Shown here: piece after piece, positions 18,658 to 28,357 of the stretch
Position numbering within the stretch: the first letter of the stretch is position 1
How the letters are laid out: each line of letters opens with the position of its first letter
NCBI GenBank assembly: GCA_004359435.1
Contig: PTET01000001.1
Coordinates: forward strand, 567,209 to 631,208
Direction of reading: 5' to 3'
DNA: 64,000 nt
DNA from: Flavobacteriaceae bacterium
GTDB lineage: Bacteria; Bacteroidota; Bacteroidia; Flavobacteriales; Weeksellaceae
The notes under the pieces: generated by a model
Seen by the model: only the letters and a program-made list of their open reading frames with translations
Database searches by the model: none
Told to the model about the DNA's origin: nothing
Translations under genes and position numbers: made by a program

Positions 18658-19128
18658 ATGAAAGAATATCATTTTGAAATATCCGTTGAGTGGACTGGAA
18701 ACAAAGGAAGTGGAACTTTTAGTTCAGAATCTTATTCCAGAGACAGTTTGCTTGTAGGGAAACAAAAATCTCATGCCATCGAAGGTTCATCTGATTCTGC
18801 TTTTTTAGGGGACGATTCCAAGTATAATCCTCAAGAATTATTTATTGGTGCCATTTCGCAGTGTCACATGATGTGATATTTGCATCTGTGTGCCCAAAAT
18901 GGAATCGTGGTTTTAGAGTACAAAGACCATCCCACAGGAATTTTAGAGGCTAGAAAAGTGGATGGAGGAAGCTTTAAGACCATTAGTTTAAATCCACAGG
19001 TAGAGGTTTCTCCCAATTGTGATGTAGAAAAAGCCAGAGAATTGCATCTTTTGGCTCACAAATCATGCTATTTGGCTAAATCTTGTTCGGTGCCAATCAA
19101 CATAAAGCCCGTCATTAAATCTGCCTAA
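18658..19128 (+). pseudogene. OsmC-family protein interrupted by an in-frame TGA (18874-18876)
   Basis: The two adjacent same-frame ORFs read ...ISQCHMM-TGA-YLHLCAQNGI.... Both cysteine-containing OsmC blocks are present (QCHMM, KSCYLAKS). Combined length is about 156 aa, as expected for the family. Confidence 0.75.
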
Positions 19129-19150
19129 ATTGTTTTAAAAAGGCTATATT

Positions 19151-20086
19151 CTAGACTATTTCAAACTCCCCGATTTTCTCCAAATCAATTTCCATGATTC
19201 CATCAGAGTTTACTTGTTGTGCAGGTAAGAATTTGGCTCCAAAAACAAAATCTTTGGGGATATAGGAAGTTCTAGAGTGAACCACATCGTTGAATTTTTC
19301 ATCAAAAGCCTCCGTCATCACCATGATTTCTACTTTTTGTTTTTGCAAATCTTCCTGTGTCAGTCCATAAAAAACCGAGTTTTCATCGATCGGGTGAACC
19401 ACCGTCCAAGTAAGAGGAAACATTTTGATTCTGTCTATCTCCAAATTCAAAGCCTTATAAATTCTTTTGTAAGAGCCATTTTCTAAAATATCCATGCTGT
19501 ACATCACATGAATTCTGGCATTGGAAAGAAGTGTATCTCTCTGGTTTACCATGCGGAACATCAGTCCATATTCCACATTGTTTTTTCCATAAGGAGCAAC
19601 CAGAATGTTTTCTGAATATGCCACTTTTGCTATGGGTTTGGAAAATCTTCCAAAAATGATTCCCGTGGCAAGAGAAAAGCTCAAAAGTCCAAATAGAGAT
19701 TCAAATGCAGAGAGCGAGCTGGTCAAATGGCCACTAGGGGAAATCCCTCCATATCCAACGGTGGTGTAGGTTTGGCAACTAAAATAAAAGCAGGAAAGAA
19801 AATCTTCCCATTTGCTTTGCTTTGGAATTCCACTGAGATGCTCCACGCCAATGGCCATATACAAAAGGGCAAAGAGTATATTGACAAAAACAAATCCCAA
19901 AAACACCAAACCGATGAGTTTAGGCCAGGACAAAGAAATAAAAAACTGATAGGCATCGCCCAATCCGATTTTTTTTCCTTTTCGAATTACGTTGTAGGTA
20001 CCGCTTCTCAGAAGTATTCTTTGCTGATTGGATGCCGTTTTGTCCGATAGACCCGAATCCAAAATATTTTTGTTGTCTTTTTTCAT
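19151..20086 (-). CDS. inward-rectifier-type potassium channel (KirBac-like)
   Basis: Two TM helices flank the selectivity filter TTVGYGG. A large C-terminal cytoplasmic beta-rich domain follows; 311 aa. Confidence 0.85.
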   Translation of the reverse strand: MKKDNKNILDSGLSDKTASNQQRILLRSGTYNVIRKGKKIGLGDAYQFFISLSWPKLIGLVFLGFVFVNILFALLYMAIGVEHLSGIPKQSKWEDFLSCFYFSCQTYTTVGYGGISPSGHLTSSLSAFESLFGLLSFSLATGIIFGRFSKPIAKVAYSENILVAPYGKNNVEYGLMFRMVNQRDTLLSNARIHVMYSMDILENGSYKRIYKALNLEIDRIKMFPLTWTVVHPIDENSVFYGLTQEDLQKQKVEIMVMTEAFDEKFNDVVHSRTSYIPKDFVFGAKFLPAQQVNSDGIMEIDLEKIGEFEIV

Positions 20087-20100
20087 TTACAGATATGATT

Positions 20101-20445
20101 TCAAGAAATCAATTCTAAAAGAACCTCCGTAGGTCTTCCCACCAAGGCTTTGGCGTCGGTTTCTAAAATGGGTCTCTCGAGTAGAGATGGATTTTGTGCC
20201 AAAATTTCAATCAGTTCCTCCTGCGAAAGATTTTTGTCTGCAAAATTTTCTTTCCAAAGGGATTCTTTTTTTCTGATGACTTCCATCGCACTCAAATTCA
20301 GTTTTAAAAGCAATTCTTTGATTTCACTAGAAGACAAAGGGTTTTTTAGATACAAAACTTCTGTAAAGGAAACATTTTTTTCTTCCAAAAGATGTTTTGC
20401 TTTTCTGCTGGTTGAGCATTTGGGATTGTGATACAATTTGTACAT
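20101..20445 (-). CDS. ArsC/Spx-family protein (arsenate reductase-like, YffB type)
   Basis: MYKLYHNPKCSTSRKA N-terminal thioredoxin-like CxxS motif; 114 aa. Confidence 0.8.
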   Translation of the reverse strand: MYKLYHNPKCSTSRKAKHLLEEKNVSFTEVLYLKNPLSSSEIKELLLKLNLSAMEVIRKKESLWKENFADKNLSQEELIEILAQNPSLLERPILETDAKALVGRPTEVLLELIS

Positions 20446-20538
20446 AAAGTAGTTTGAGATTTGGGTTTGAGTTTTTGGGAATAAGATTTTCGAGATTTAA
20501 AATTTAAAAATACAAAATCCTAAAGTATATTTGTATTT

Positions 20539-21645
20539 ATGATTTCAAATGAAGAAATAAAAGACATTCAGGCAAGAATTGATGCTCTGGCCAAGTATTT
20601 GGAGATCGACAAAAAAACAGTTGATGTACAAAATCAAGAAGAAAAAGCAGCAGATCCTTCCTTTTGGGACAATCCTAAAGAAGCTGAGGTTTTCTTAAAA
20701 CAGCTCCGAAGTCAAAAGAAATGGATCGAAGACTTTAACGAAATACAAAGCGGCTTCGAAGAAGCGCTCATTCTCAACGATTTTTTGAAAGAAGGGGAAG
20801 CTACTGATGAAGAAGTTCAGGCTCAAAAAAAATGGGTTTTGGATAAAATTGAAGCAGTTGAGTTTAGAAACATGCTTTCTAGCGAAGGGGATGATTTAAG
20901 CGCGGTACTTCAAATTACAGCAGGTGCTGGTGGAACAGAAAGTTGCGATTGGGCCTCGATGCTCATGCGTATGTATTTGATGTGGGCTCAAAAAGAAGGT
21001 TTCAAAGTAAAAGAACTGAACTATCAGCCTGGAGATGTGGCAGGAGTAAAAACGGTGACCATAGAAATTGAGGGAGAATACGCCTTTGGGTATCTCAAAG
21101 GCGAAAATGGGGTGCATAGATTGGTTAGAATCTCTCCCTTTGATAGCAACGCCAAAAGACACACTTCTTTTGTTTCGGTATATGTATATCCGCTGGCTGA
21201 TGATACCATAGAAATTGACATTCCTTCTTCGGAATATACTTTTGAAACTATGCGAGCCTCTGGTGCGGGTGGACAAAACGTAAACAAGGTAGAAACCGCC
21301 GTTCGTCTAAGACACGAGCCTACGGGGATTATCATTGAAAACTCCGAGAGTAGATCTCAACTTCAAAACAAAGAAAAGGCTTTGCAACTTTTAAAGTCTA
21401 GGTTGTATGAGATTGAAATGGAGAAAAGAAACGCCCAAAGAGACGAAATTGAAGCCGGAAAGAAAAAAATTGAATGGGGTTCACAAATTAGGAATTATGT
21501 GATGCATCCTTATAAATTGGTCAAAGATGTGCGTACATCGGTAGAAAGTACCAATGTGGAAGGGGTAATGAATGGTGGAATCGATGAATTTCTTAAAGCC
21601 TTTTTGATGCTTTCTGGGCAAAAAGAAACTGAGGATCCAATCTGA
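20539..21645 (+). CDS. prfB: peptide chain release factor 2 (single uninterrupted ORF)
   Basis: SPF tripeptide (RISPFDS) and GGQ (SGAGGQNVNKV); 368 aa. Confidence 0.9.
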   Translation: MISNEEIKDIQARIDALAKYLEIDKKTVDVQNQEEKAADPSFWDNPKEAEVFLKQLRSQKKWIEDFNEIQSGFEEALILNDFLKEGEATDEEVQAQKKWVLDKIEAVEFRNMLSSEGDDLSAVLQITAGAGGTESCDWASMLMRMYLMWAQKEGFKVKELNYQPGDVAGVKTVTIEIEGEYAFGYLKGENGVHRLVRISPFDSNAKRHTSFVSVYVYPLADDTIEIDIPSSEYTFETMRASGAGGQNVNKVETAVRLRHEPTGIIIENSESRSQLQNKEKALQLLKSRLYEIEMEKRNAQRDEIEAGKKKIEWGSQIRNYVMHPYKLVKDVRTSVESTNVEGVMNGGIDEFLKAFLMLSGQKETEDPI

Positions 21646-21818
21646 TTTTCTGAAAGATATTTAAAAGTTCAGGTAGAGAATTCTCTAATAAAAATGAAAT
21701 TTAAAATAGGCATAACATAGCCTGAATTATCTTTGATAAAAGGAGCAAAATAACAACAATTTTGGTATGTTTTTTGTACCTTTGAGACATATTATTATAT
21801 AGAAACTAAACCTTAGGC

Positions 21819-23054
21819 ATGCAAAAAATTAAAGTAGTAAATCCTGTAGTAGAACTCGATGGAGATGAAATGACAAGGGTGATATGGAAGTTCATCAAAG
21901 ACAAACTTATCCTTCCTTATTTAGATATAGATATTAAGTATTTCGATCTTGGAATGGAAAACAGAGATGCTACAAACGATCAGGTTACCATAGATTCTGC
22001 TAAGGCTATTTTAGAGTATAACGTAGGGATTAAATGTGCCACCATCACTCCAGATGAGGCCAGAGTAAAAGAATTTTCCCTCAAAGAAATGTGGAAATCA
22101 CCCAACGGAACCATCCGTAACATCGTTGGAGGAACTATTTTTAGAGAACCTATCATCATTCAAAGTGTGCCAAGGCTTGTTCCTTCTTGGACTGCGCCTA
22201 TTTGTATTGGACGTCATGCCTATGCAGATCAATACAAAGCCGTAGATTTTACCACCAAAGGAAAAGGAAAACTAACCATAACTTTCACTCCAGAGGATGG
22301 ATCCGAGCCTATTGTAAGAGAGGTTTTTGATTATCCAGGAGATGGAGTTGGGATGGCTATGTACAACGTAGATGAGTCCATTTACGGATTTGCCCACTCT
22401 TGTTTCAAAATGGCACTTGCCAAAAAATGGCCACTGTATTTTTCTTCCAAAAACACCATACTTAAAAAGTACGATGGAAGATTCAAAGATATTTTTGAAG
22501 AATTGTACCAAAACGAATACAAAGAAGCTTTCAAAGAAAAAGGAATCACTTACGAGCACAGACTCATTGATGACATGGTGGCTTCTGCCTTAAAATGGCC
22601 AGGAGAGTTTGTTTGGGCTTGTAAAAACTACGATGGAGATGTTCAGTCTGATACCGTAGCCCAAGGTTTTGGTTCACTAGGGTTAATGACTTCTGTACTA
22701 TTGACGCCAGATGGAAAAACCATGGAAGCCGAAGCAGCGCATGGAACTGTAACCCGCCACTTTAGAGAGCACCAAAAAGGAAATCCAACTTCTACCAATC
22801 CTATCGCTTCTATCTTTGCATGGACAAGAGGACTTGCGCACAGAGGGAAATTAGATACCAATATAGATCTCATTAACTTTTGTCATGTTTTAGAGCAGGT
22901 ATGTGTTGCTCTGGTTGGTGAAGGAAAAATGACCAAAGATTTGGCTGCCTTGATACATGGAGACACGCTTAATTCTTCTCACTATTTAAATACAGAGGAT
23001 TTCTTAGATCAAATAGATCTTAGGCTCAAAGAGAAGCTAGCTGCTAAAGCGTAA
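21819..23054 (+). CDS. icd: NADP-dependent isocitrate dehydrogenase (homodimeric, eukaryote-like subfamily)
   Basis: [18 protein letters not shown] and [17 protein letters not shown] blocks; 411 aa. Confidence 0.9.
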   Translation: MQKIKVVNPVVELDGDEMTRVIWKFIKDKLILPYLDIDIKYFDLGMENRDATNDQVTIDSAKAILEYNVGIKCATITPDEARVKEFSLKEMWKSPNGTIRNIVGGTIFREPIIIQSVPRLVPSWTAPICIGRHAYADQYKAVDFTTKGKGKLTITFTPEDGSEPIVREVFDYPGDGVGMAMYNVDESIYGFAHSCFKMALAKKWPLYFSSKNTILKKYDGRFKDIFEELYQNEYKEAFKEKGITYEHRLIDDMVASALKWPGEFVWACKNYDGDVQSDTVAQGFGSLGLMTSVLLTPDGKTMEAEAAHGTVTRHFREHQKGNPTSTNPIASIFAWTRGLAHRGKLDTNIDLINFCHVLEQVCVALVGEGKMTKDLAALIHGDTLNSSHYLNTEDFLDQIDLRLKEKLAAKA

Positions 23055-23089
23055 ATGCAGTAAACTTTTTTTTAGTTTGTTGAAATGAT

Positions 23090-23126
23090 TTGGCCATTGT
23101 TGATTACTTTGGCCAATTCTTTTTAT
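23090..23126 (+). terminator. possible terminator after icd
   Basis: TTGGCCA (23090-23096) / TGGCCAA (23110-23116) stem followed by a T-rich tract. The loop is long. Confidence 0.45.
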
Positions 23127-23134
23127 AGGCAAAT

Positions 23135-24172
23135 ATGAAACCAAAACTCGCAGTTTTTATTAGTTTGATGGTACTTTTTGGGCAAACCAAAACGGTGAGT
23201 TTTTTGTCTAAAAACCAAACTTTTTTGAATTTCTATAAGACCAGTTATGTCAAGTGGAGTTCTTTGCTGGGCAGATTGTGGCAAAGTGTACCCTTTTCTG
23301 TGGGAGATTTGTTTTATTTTTTGAGCATCGTCTTTTTTTTATATCTATTCTATAGGTTTAGGTTGGGTTGGAAAAGCTTTTTATGGTTAAGCTTGTATGT
23401 CAATCTATTGTTTTTTGTGTTTTATCTTTTTTGGGGATTCAATTATTTTCTTCCCAAGTTAGAGACCTATTATAAACCCCAAGAAATTGTACTTACAGAT
23501 TTGCATAAAACTGCCGAAAGTCTACTTAAAGAGTGTAAGGAATTAAGAGAAGCAATGCCCGAAGACTCGCTAAGTCTCCAAGAGATTGATGCGCATATCA
23601 ACCAGGGATTGGTCTTTTTGCCCAATAACCTTCCCTATAAACATCGAGTGTTTTCTGCCTCTAAAGCTTCATTTTTTTCTACCCAGCTCTCATATTTAGG
23701 CGTTTTGGGATACTACAATCCCTTCACCTTTGAATGTCAATACAACAAGAAAATGCCTGGGGTAAAATGGGCGCATACCTTGGCACATGAGTTTGCACAC
23801 AAGTTGGGTTATGCTCCAGAAGATCAGGCTAACTTTATAGGATATTTGTTGCTTGAAAAATCTTCTGATCCTAGGCTTGTATATTCAGCCAAGTACAAAG
23901 CCTTAAAAAGTGTAATCACCTTAATTTACAAAGAGAATGATCCCACTTACGAATGCTATTTGGGTGGCTTTTCTTTAAAAATGAAATCTGATTATACCAA
24001 AGAGTTGGCTTTCGAAAAAAAGTATGCCAACAAAGTTGGAGATTTTCAGTCTGTGGCCTATGATGCTTTTTTAAAGGGAAACAATCAAAATAAAGGATTA
24101 GAATCTTACAATGCCTTTGTTTATTTGCTTATTGCCCACCAAAGAGCAGAAAAAAAGGGAGATTTAAATTAA
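23135..24172 (+). CDS. DUF3810-like membrane zinc-metalloprotease-like protein
   Basis: N-terminal TM helices and an HEFAH (HExxH) motif; 345 aa. Confidence 0.7.
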   Translation: MKPKLAVFISLMVLFGQTKTVSFLSKNQTFLNFYKTSYVKWSSLLGRLWQSVPFSVGDLFYFLSIVFFLYLFYRFRLGWKSFLWLSLYVNLLFFVFYLFWGFNYFLPKLETYYKPQEIVLTDLHKTAESLLKECKELREAMPEDSLSLQEIDAHINQGLVFLPNNLPYKHRVFSASKASFFSTQLSYLGVLGYYNPFTFECQYNKKMPGVKWAHTLAHEFAHKLGYAPEDQANFIGYLLLEKSSDPRLVYSAKYKALKSVITLIYKENDPTYECYLGGFSLKMKSDYTKELAFEKKYANKVGDFQSVAYDAFLKGNNQNKGLESYNAFVYLLIAHQRAEKKGDLN

Positions 24173-24187
24173 AATCTCCCTTTTTTT
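24151..24187. terminator. bidirectional rho-independent terminator (overlaps the stop of the DUF3810 gene)
   Basis: GGGAGATTT (24157-24165) / AAATCTCCC (24172-24180), flanked by A6 and T7 runs. Confidence 0.8.
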
Positions 24188-24205
24188 GTTAAGCTCTATA
24201 AGATC

Positions 24206-26855
24206 TTATTGATAAGCTTCTGTGGGAACACAAGCGCAAACCAAATTTCTATCTCCATAGGCGTCATCAATTCGATTTACTGAAGCAAAGAATTTTCTTT
24301 CTTTGATCCACTCTAGAGGGAAAGCAGCTTTTTGTCTACTATAGGGGAAATCCCAGTTGTCACCACTAATTTGCTCTAAGGTATGTGGCGAGTTTTTCAG
24401 TACGTTGTTCTCTTTGTCGGCTTTTCCTGTTTCAATTTCCTCAATTTCTTTTCGAATTTCCACAAGGGCAGAAATAAATCGATCGATTTCTTGTTTGCTT
24501 TCACTCTCTGTTGGTTCAATCATCAGGGTTCCTGCTACTGGGAAAGAAACGGTTGGTGCGTGAAATCCGTAATCCATAAGCCTTTTGGCTACATCTACTA
24601 CCTCAATTCCGCTTTGAGCTTTAAAAGGTCTAAAGTCTATAATTAACTCGTGGGCAACCGCTCCATTGTGGTTTTGATACAAAACATTGTAGTGCTTTTC
24701 CAGTTGAGATTTTAGGTAGTTTGCACTTAAAATTGCAGTCTGGGTAGACTTTTTAAGTCCATCAGGACCCAATAGTTTGATGTAGGTGTAAGAAATAATT
24801 AGCACTAGTGCAGAACCGTACGGAGCAGAAGAAATTCCCGCAATGGCATTTTCTCCTCCAGTTTTAATGTTGGCATTGCTTGGCAAAAAGGGAGCCAAGT
24901 GTTTGGCAACACAAATAGGACCAACTCCTGGACCTCCACCTCCATGAGGAATCGCAAAGGTTTTGTGCAAGTTTAGGTGACAAACATCTGCCCCAATGTT
25001 GGCAGGATTGGTAAGGCCTACTTGGGCATTCATGTTGGCGCCGTCCATATAAACCTGTCCTCCATTTTGGTGAATGAGTTCGGTTACTTCTTTAATTTCT
25101 TCATCAAAAACACCATAAGTCGATGGATAAGTAACCATCAAACAAGCTAAATTGTCTTTGTACTGGGCAACCTTTTCTTTTAAGTCTTCCAGATCGATGT
25201 GTCCGTTTTCTAGGTTTTTTACTACGACAACCTTCATTCCAGCAAGTACTGCTGAAGCTGGATTGGTTCCGTGCGCAGAAGCAGGCATCAAAGCAATATT
25301 TCTATGTCCTTGCCCGTTGGTTTTGTGGTAGGCAGAAATCACCATCAGACCAGCATACTCTCCTTGAGCGCCTGAGTTAGGTTGAAGTGAAGTTGCATAA
25401 AACCCAGTACAGGTTGAAAGGTCTTTTTCTAGTTCAGAAATTAGTTTCTGAAATCCTTGCGCTTGTTCTTTGGGCACAAAAGGATGAATTCCTCCAAACT
25501 CTGGCCAAGAAAGAGGAAGCAGTTCTGTGGCTGCATTGAGCTTCATGGTACAAGATCCAAGGGCGATCATCGAGTGGTTCAAAGAAAGGTCTTTTCTTTC
25601 TAATCCTTTGATGTAACGCATGAGCTCGGTTTCGGTGTGGTAGTCTTTGAAGACTTTGTGGTTCATAAAATCGCTGGTTCTGCCTAGTTTTCCAAAATCA
25701 ACTTCGGTTGTTTCTTTTAAAATTGGACTGTCTTTTTCAAGGAAGTCTGCAAATAAATCCACCAAAGTTTTAAGATCTTCTAAAGAAGTAGTTTGGTCTA
25801 TGGCGATGATGATTTTGTCTTTAATAAAAAAGTTTAGGTTAATTTGGTTTTCTTCTAAAAGTGCTTTGAGTCCAAGGGTATCTAGGGTAGAAGCATCTAT
25901 GCAAAGGGTATCAAAGAAAGGATTTTCGTTTAATTTTAACCCCAGTTGTTGTAGGCCTTGCGATAGAGTTTTGGCTTTGGTATGAATGTCTTTGGCGATA
26001 GATACCAATCCATCTTTTCCGTGATAAGCCCCGTACATACCAGCCATTACCGCCAAAAGAACCTGAGCAGTACATATGTTAGAGGTTGCTTTTTCTCTTT
26101 TGATGTGCTGTTCTCTGAATTTCGTGTTTTTTTGCGTTTTCTACAAAAGCACTATGATCTTGGATGCTACCTTCTAAATTTGGATACTGCAAAATCGCGC
26201 CAAAATAAGTGCTGTCTAAACTTGGGTTTTCGTTTGGATTACCAAGAACAATTTCTATTCCTAAAGCCTCTGCTTTGGTTTGAAGCACTCCAAGGGTTTG
26301 AGGAAATACATCGAAAGAAACAAAGAGTTTGTTGGCATTGCTAGCTTTTTGCTCTTTGCTTAGGTTTCCATAAAATAAGGTCATCGCTTCACAAGCCGCA
26401 GTTCCTTCATCAAGCAAAGAGGCGTTGGCTAGGGGCAAACTACAAAGTTCAGAAACAATGGTTTGGTAGTTTAAAAGAGCCTCTAATCTACCTTGGGCGA
26501 TTTCTGCTTGGTAGGGTGTATAAGCAGTATACCATCCTGGATTTTCTAAAATATTTCTTTGGATAGGCGAAGGAAGTATGCTGTTATAGTAACCAAATCC
26601 TATGTAAGTTTTGTAGGTTTTGTTTTCTTTAGACAAAGCTTTGAGTTGATTCAGAACTTGGTACTCTGAGATGGCCTCTGAAATATCTAAATCTTCTTGA
26701 ATTAAAATGTCTTTGGGAATGGTTTTTTCAATCAGTTGGTCTAGGGAAGAAACTCCAATTTGGGAGAGCATTTCTTTCTCTTGGGTTTGATTTATACCAA
26801 TGTGTCTATCTGAAAAATTTGTAAGGGTCATAGGGTTCGAATTTGTATGATGCAA
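24206..26855 (-). pseudogene. gcvP: glycine dehydrogenase (decarboxylating), glycine-cleavage P protein, split by an out-of-frame internal deletion
   Basis: The N-part ORF 26079-26855 ends ...ENAKKHEIQ plus a frameshifted tail. The +1 frame reads REQHIKREKATSNICTAQVLLAVMAGMYG and continues into ORF 24206-26056, which carries the PLP site HLNLHKTFAIPHGGGGPG. Confidence 0.85.
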
Positions 26856-26941
26856 ATTTAATCTTTTTTCCCTGATTTTAATTGTGTATAACTTTCTAGT
26901 TTATCAACATAAGGGCATGAAATTTCTTAGGTTATAAAGAT

Positions 26942-26949
26942 TATTTTTG
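26942..26949 (+). promoter_or_regulatory. candidate -7 box (TATTTTTG) just upstream of recF
   Basis: Matches TAnnTTTG. It lies only 4 nt before the ATG, which would imply a near-leaderless transcript, so this call is uncertain. Confidence 0.3.
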
Positions 26950-26953
26950 CACC

Positions 26954-28042
26954 ATGTATCTTAAGAACATAAGAATAGCTAACTTTAAGAATATTGAGGA
27001 AAAACATCTTGAATTCTCTCAGGGAATCAATTGTTTTTTGGGGAACAATGGCGTGGGAAAAACCAATCTTTTAGATGCTATTTATTTTCTATGTATTGGT
27101 AAGAGCTATCTCAACCATTCAGACCTTCTCAATCTTCGATTTGATCAGGATTTTTTATCGGTTTCTGGGTTGTATTTTCATCAAAATGAGGATGAAATTT
27201 CTGAAGATTTGGTTTTTTGTGGTTTCCAAAAAGGCGCAAAGAAAACCATTAAAAAAAATGGAAAAGCCTATTCTAGAATTTCTGATCATCTGGGAAGTTT
27301 TCCCGTGGTGATGATTTCTCCCTATGACAGAGATCTGATTATGGAAGGTTCGGAGGGAAGAAGGAAGTTTGTAGACAATATTATTTGTCAGTCAAAAGAA
27401 GATTACCTTCGAATTTTGTTGAGATACAACAAATGTTTGGCCCAAAGAAACGCACTGCTGAAGTATTTTTTTGCCAATCAAACTTTTGATCAAGCCAATT
27501 TGTCTGTATATAATCAAACCCTGGCCGAACTTGGTGAAGAGATTAAGAAAAGACGAGAAGAATTTTTAGAAGAATTTCTGCCTTTGTTCAAAGATTTTTA
27601 TGCCAAAATATCTTCTTCCAAAGAAGAAGTTGCTTTGAAATATAAACCAAGTGTAAGTGGAGATTTACTGGAAGCCATTAACGAATCTACAGTGTTAGAC
27701 AGAAAACTTCAATACACTACTTGTGGTGTACACAAAGACGATTTTGAGTTTGAAATTCAAGACAGATCCATTAAAAAATACGGGTCTCAAGGTCAGCAAA
27801 AATCTTTTTTGGTCGCATTAAAATTGGCCAAACTCGCTTTGATGAAAATTCACCTTAAAAAGACTCCTATTTTGCTTTTGGATGATATTTTTGATAAATT
27901 AGACCAAAATAGGGTAGAAGAAATGATAAAAATGGTAAACCAAGACAGTTTTGGGCAAATTTTTATTAGCGATACCCATCTTGAACGAACCCAAAATTTG
28001 GTAGAAAAAATTTCAGCCGAGAGTAAAGTTTTTCATCTATGA
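26954..28042 (+). CDS. recF: DNA replication and repair protein RecF
   Basis: Walker A GNNGVGKTN, signature GSQGQQKS, Walker B ILLLDDI; 362 aa. Confidence 0.9.
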   Translation: MYLKNIRIANFKNIEEKHLEFSQGINCFLGNNGVGKTNLLDAIYFLCIGKSYLNHSDLLNLRFDQDFLSVSGLYFHQNEDEISEDLVFCGFQKGAKKTIKKNGKAYSRISDHLGSFPVVMISPYDRDLIMEGSEGRRKFVDNIICQSKEDYLRILLRYNKCLAQRNALLKYFFANQTFDQANLSVYNQTLAELGEEIKKRREEFLEEFLPLFKDFYAKISSSKEEVALKYKPSVSGDLLEAINESTVLDRKLQYTTCGVHKDDFEFEIQDRSIKKYGSQGQQKSFLVALKLAKLALMKIHLKKTPILLLDDIFDKLDQNRVEEMIKMVNQDSFGQIFISDTHLERTQNLVEKISAESKVFHL

Positions 28043-28329
28043 AAAAGGACAACCAACAGCCAATTAAAGAAGCAATCGAACTTTTTGTTCGACAATATGG
28101 CTTGGAGAACAAACTAAGAAGTGTAAAAATAGAAGAATCTTGGCATCAAATTGTGGGAGATTATGTTTCTAAAAAAACTTTAAATACCCGAGAACAAGCT
28201 GGCGTTCTGTTTGTTAGTATAGAATCTTCTGAGCTTAAAAACGAGCTTTTGTATGCCAAATCGAAAATAATTTCATCGATCAACGAAAAAATTCAAGAAA
28301 ATTATCTTTTAGACGTAAGATTTATTTAA
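28039..28329 (+). CDS. DUF721 domain protein (usual recF neighbour)
   Basis: 96 aa with an ATGA overlap with recF. Conserved position downstream of recF. Confidence 0.75.
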   Translation: MKKDNQQPIKEAIELFVRQYGLENKLRSVKIEESWHQIVGDYVSKKTLNTREQAGVLFVSIESSELKNELLYAKSKIISSINEKIQENYLLDVRFI

Positions 28330-28357
28330 ATTGCTACAAGCCAAAATCAAAACTATC

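Noticed and set aside
18874-18876. Genome-wide TGA=Trp recoding (genetic code 4) as an explanation for the OsmC in-frame TGA
   Set aside because: TGA terminates several conserved genes at their expected lengths here, for example recF at 28040-28042, the GH3/beta-lactamase ORF at 11394-11396 and rlmH at 48949-48951. Trp is otherwise encoded by TGG.
21674-21687. Perfect 14-bp palindrome TAGAGAATTCTCTA downstream of prfB
   Set aside because: It has no loop, no T-run and no second copy, so it is probably a chance palindrome rather than a terminator or operator.
26856-26953. Glycine riboswitch upstream of gcvP
   Set aside because: Only about 98 nt are shared with the divergent recF promoter. The region is AT-rich and lacks the conserved G-rich cores of the glycine aptamer.
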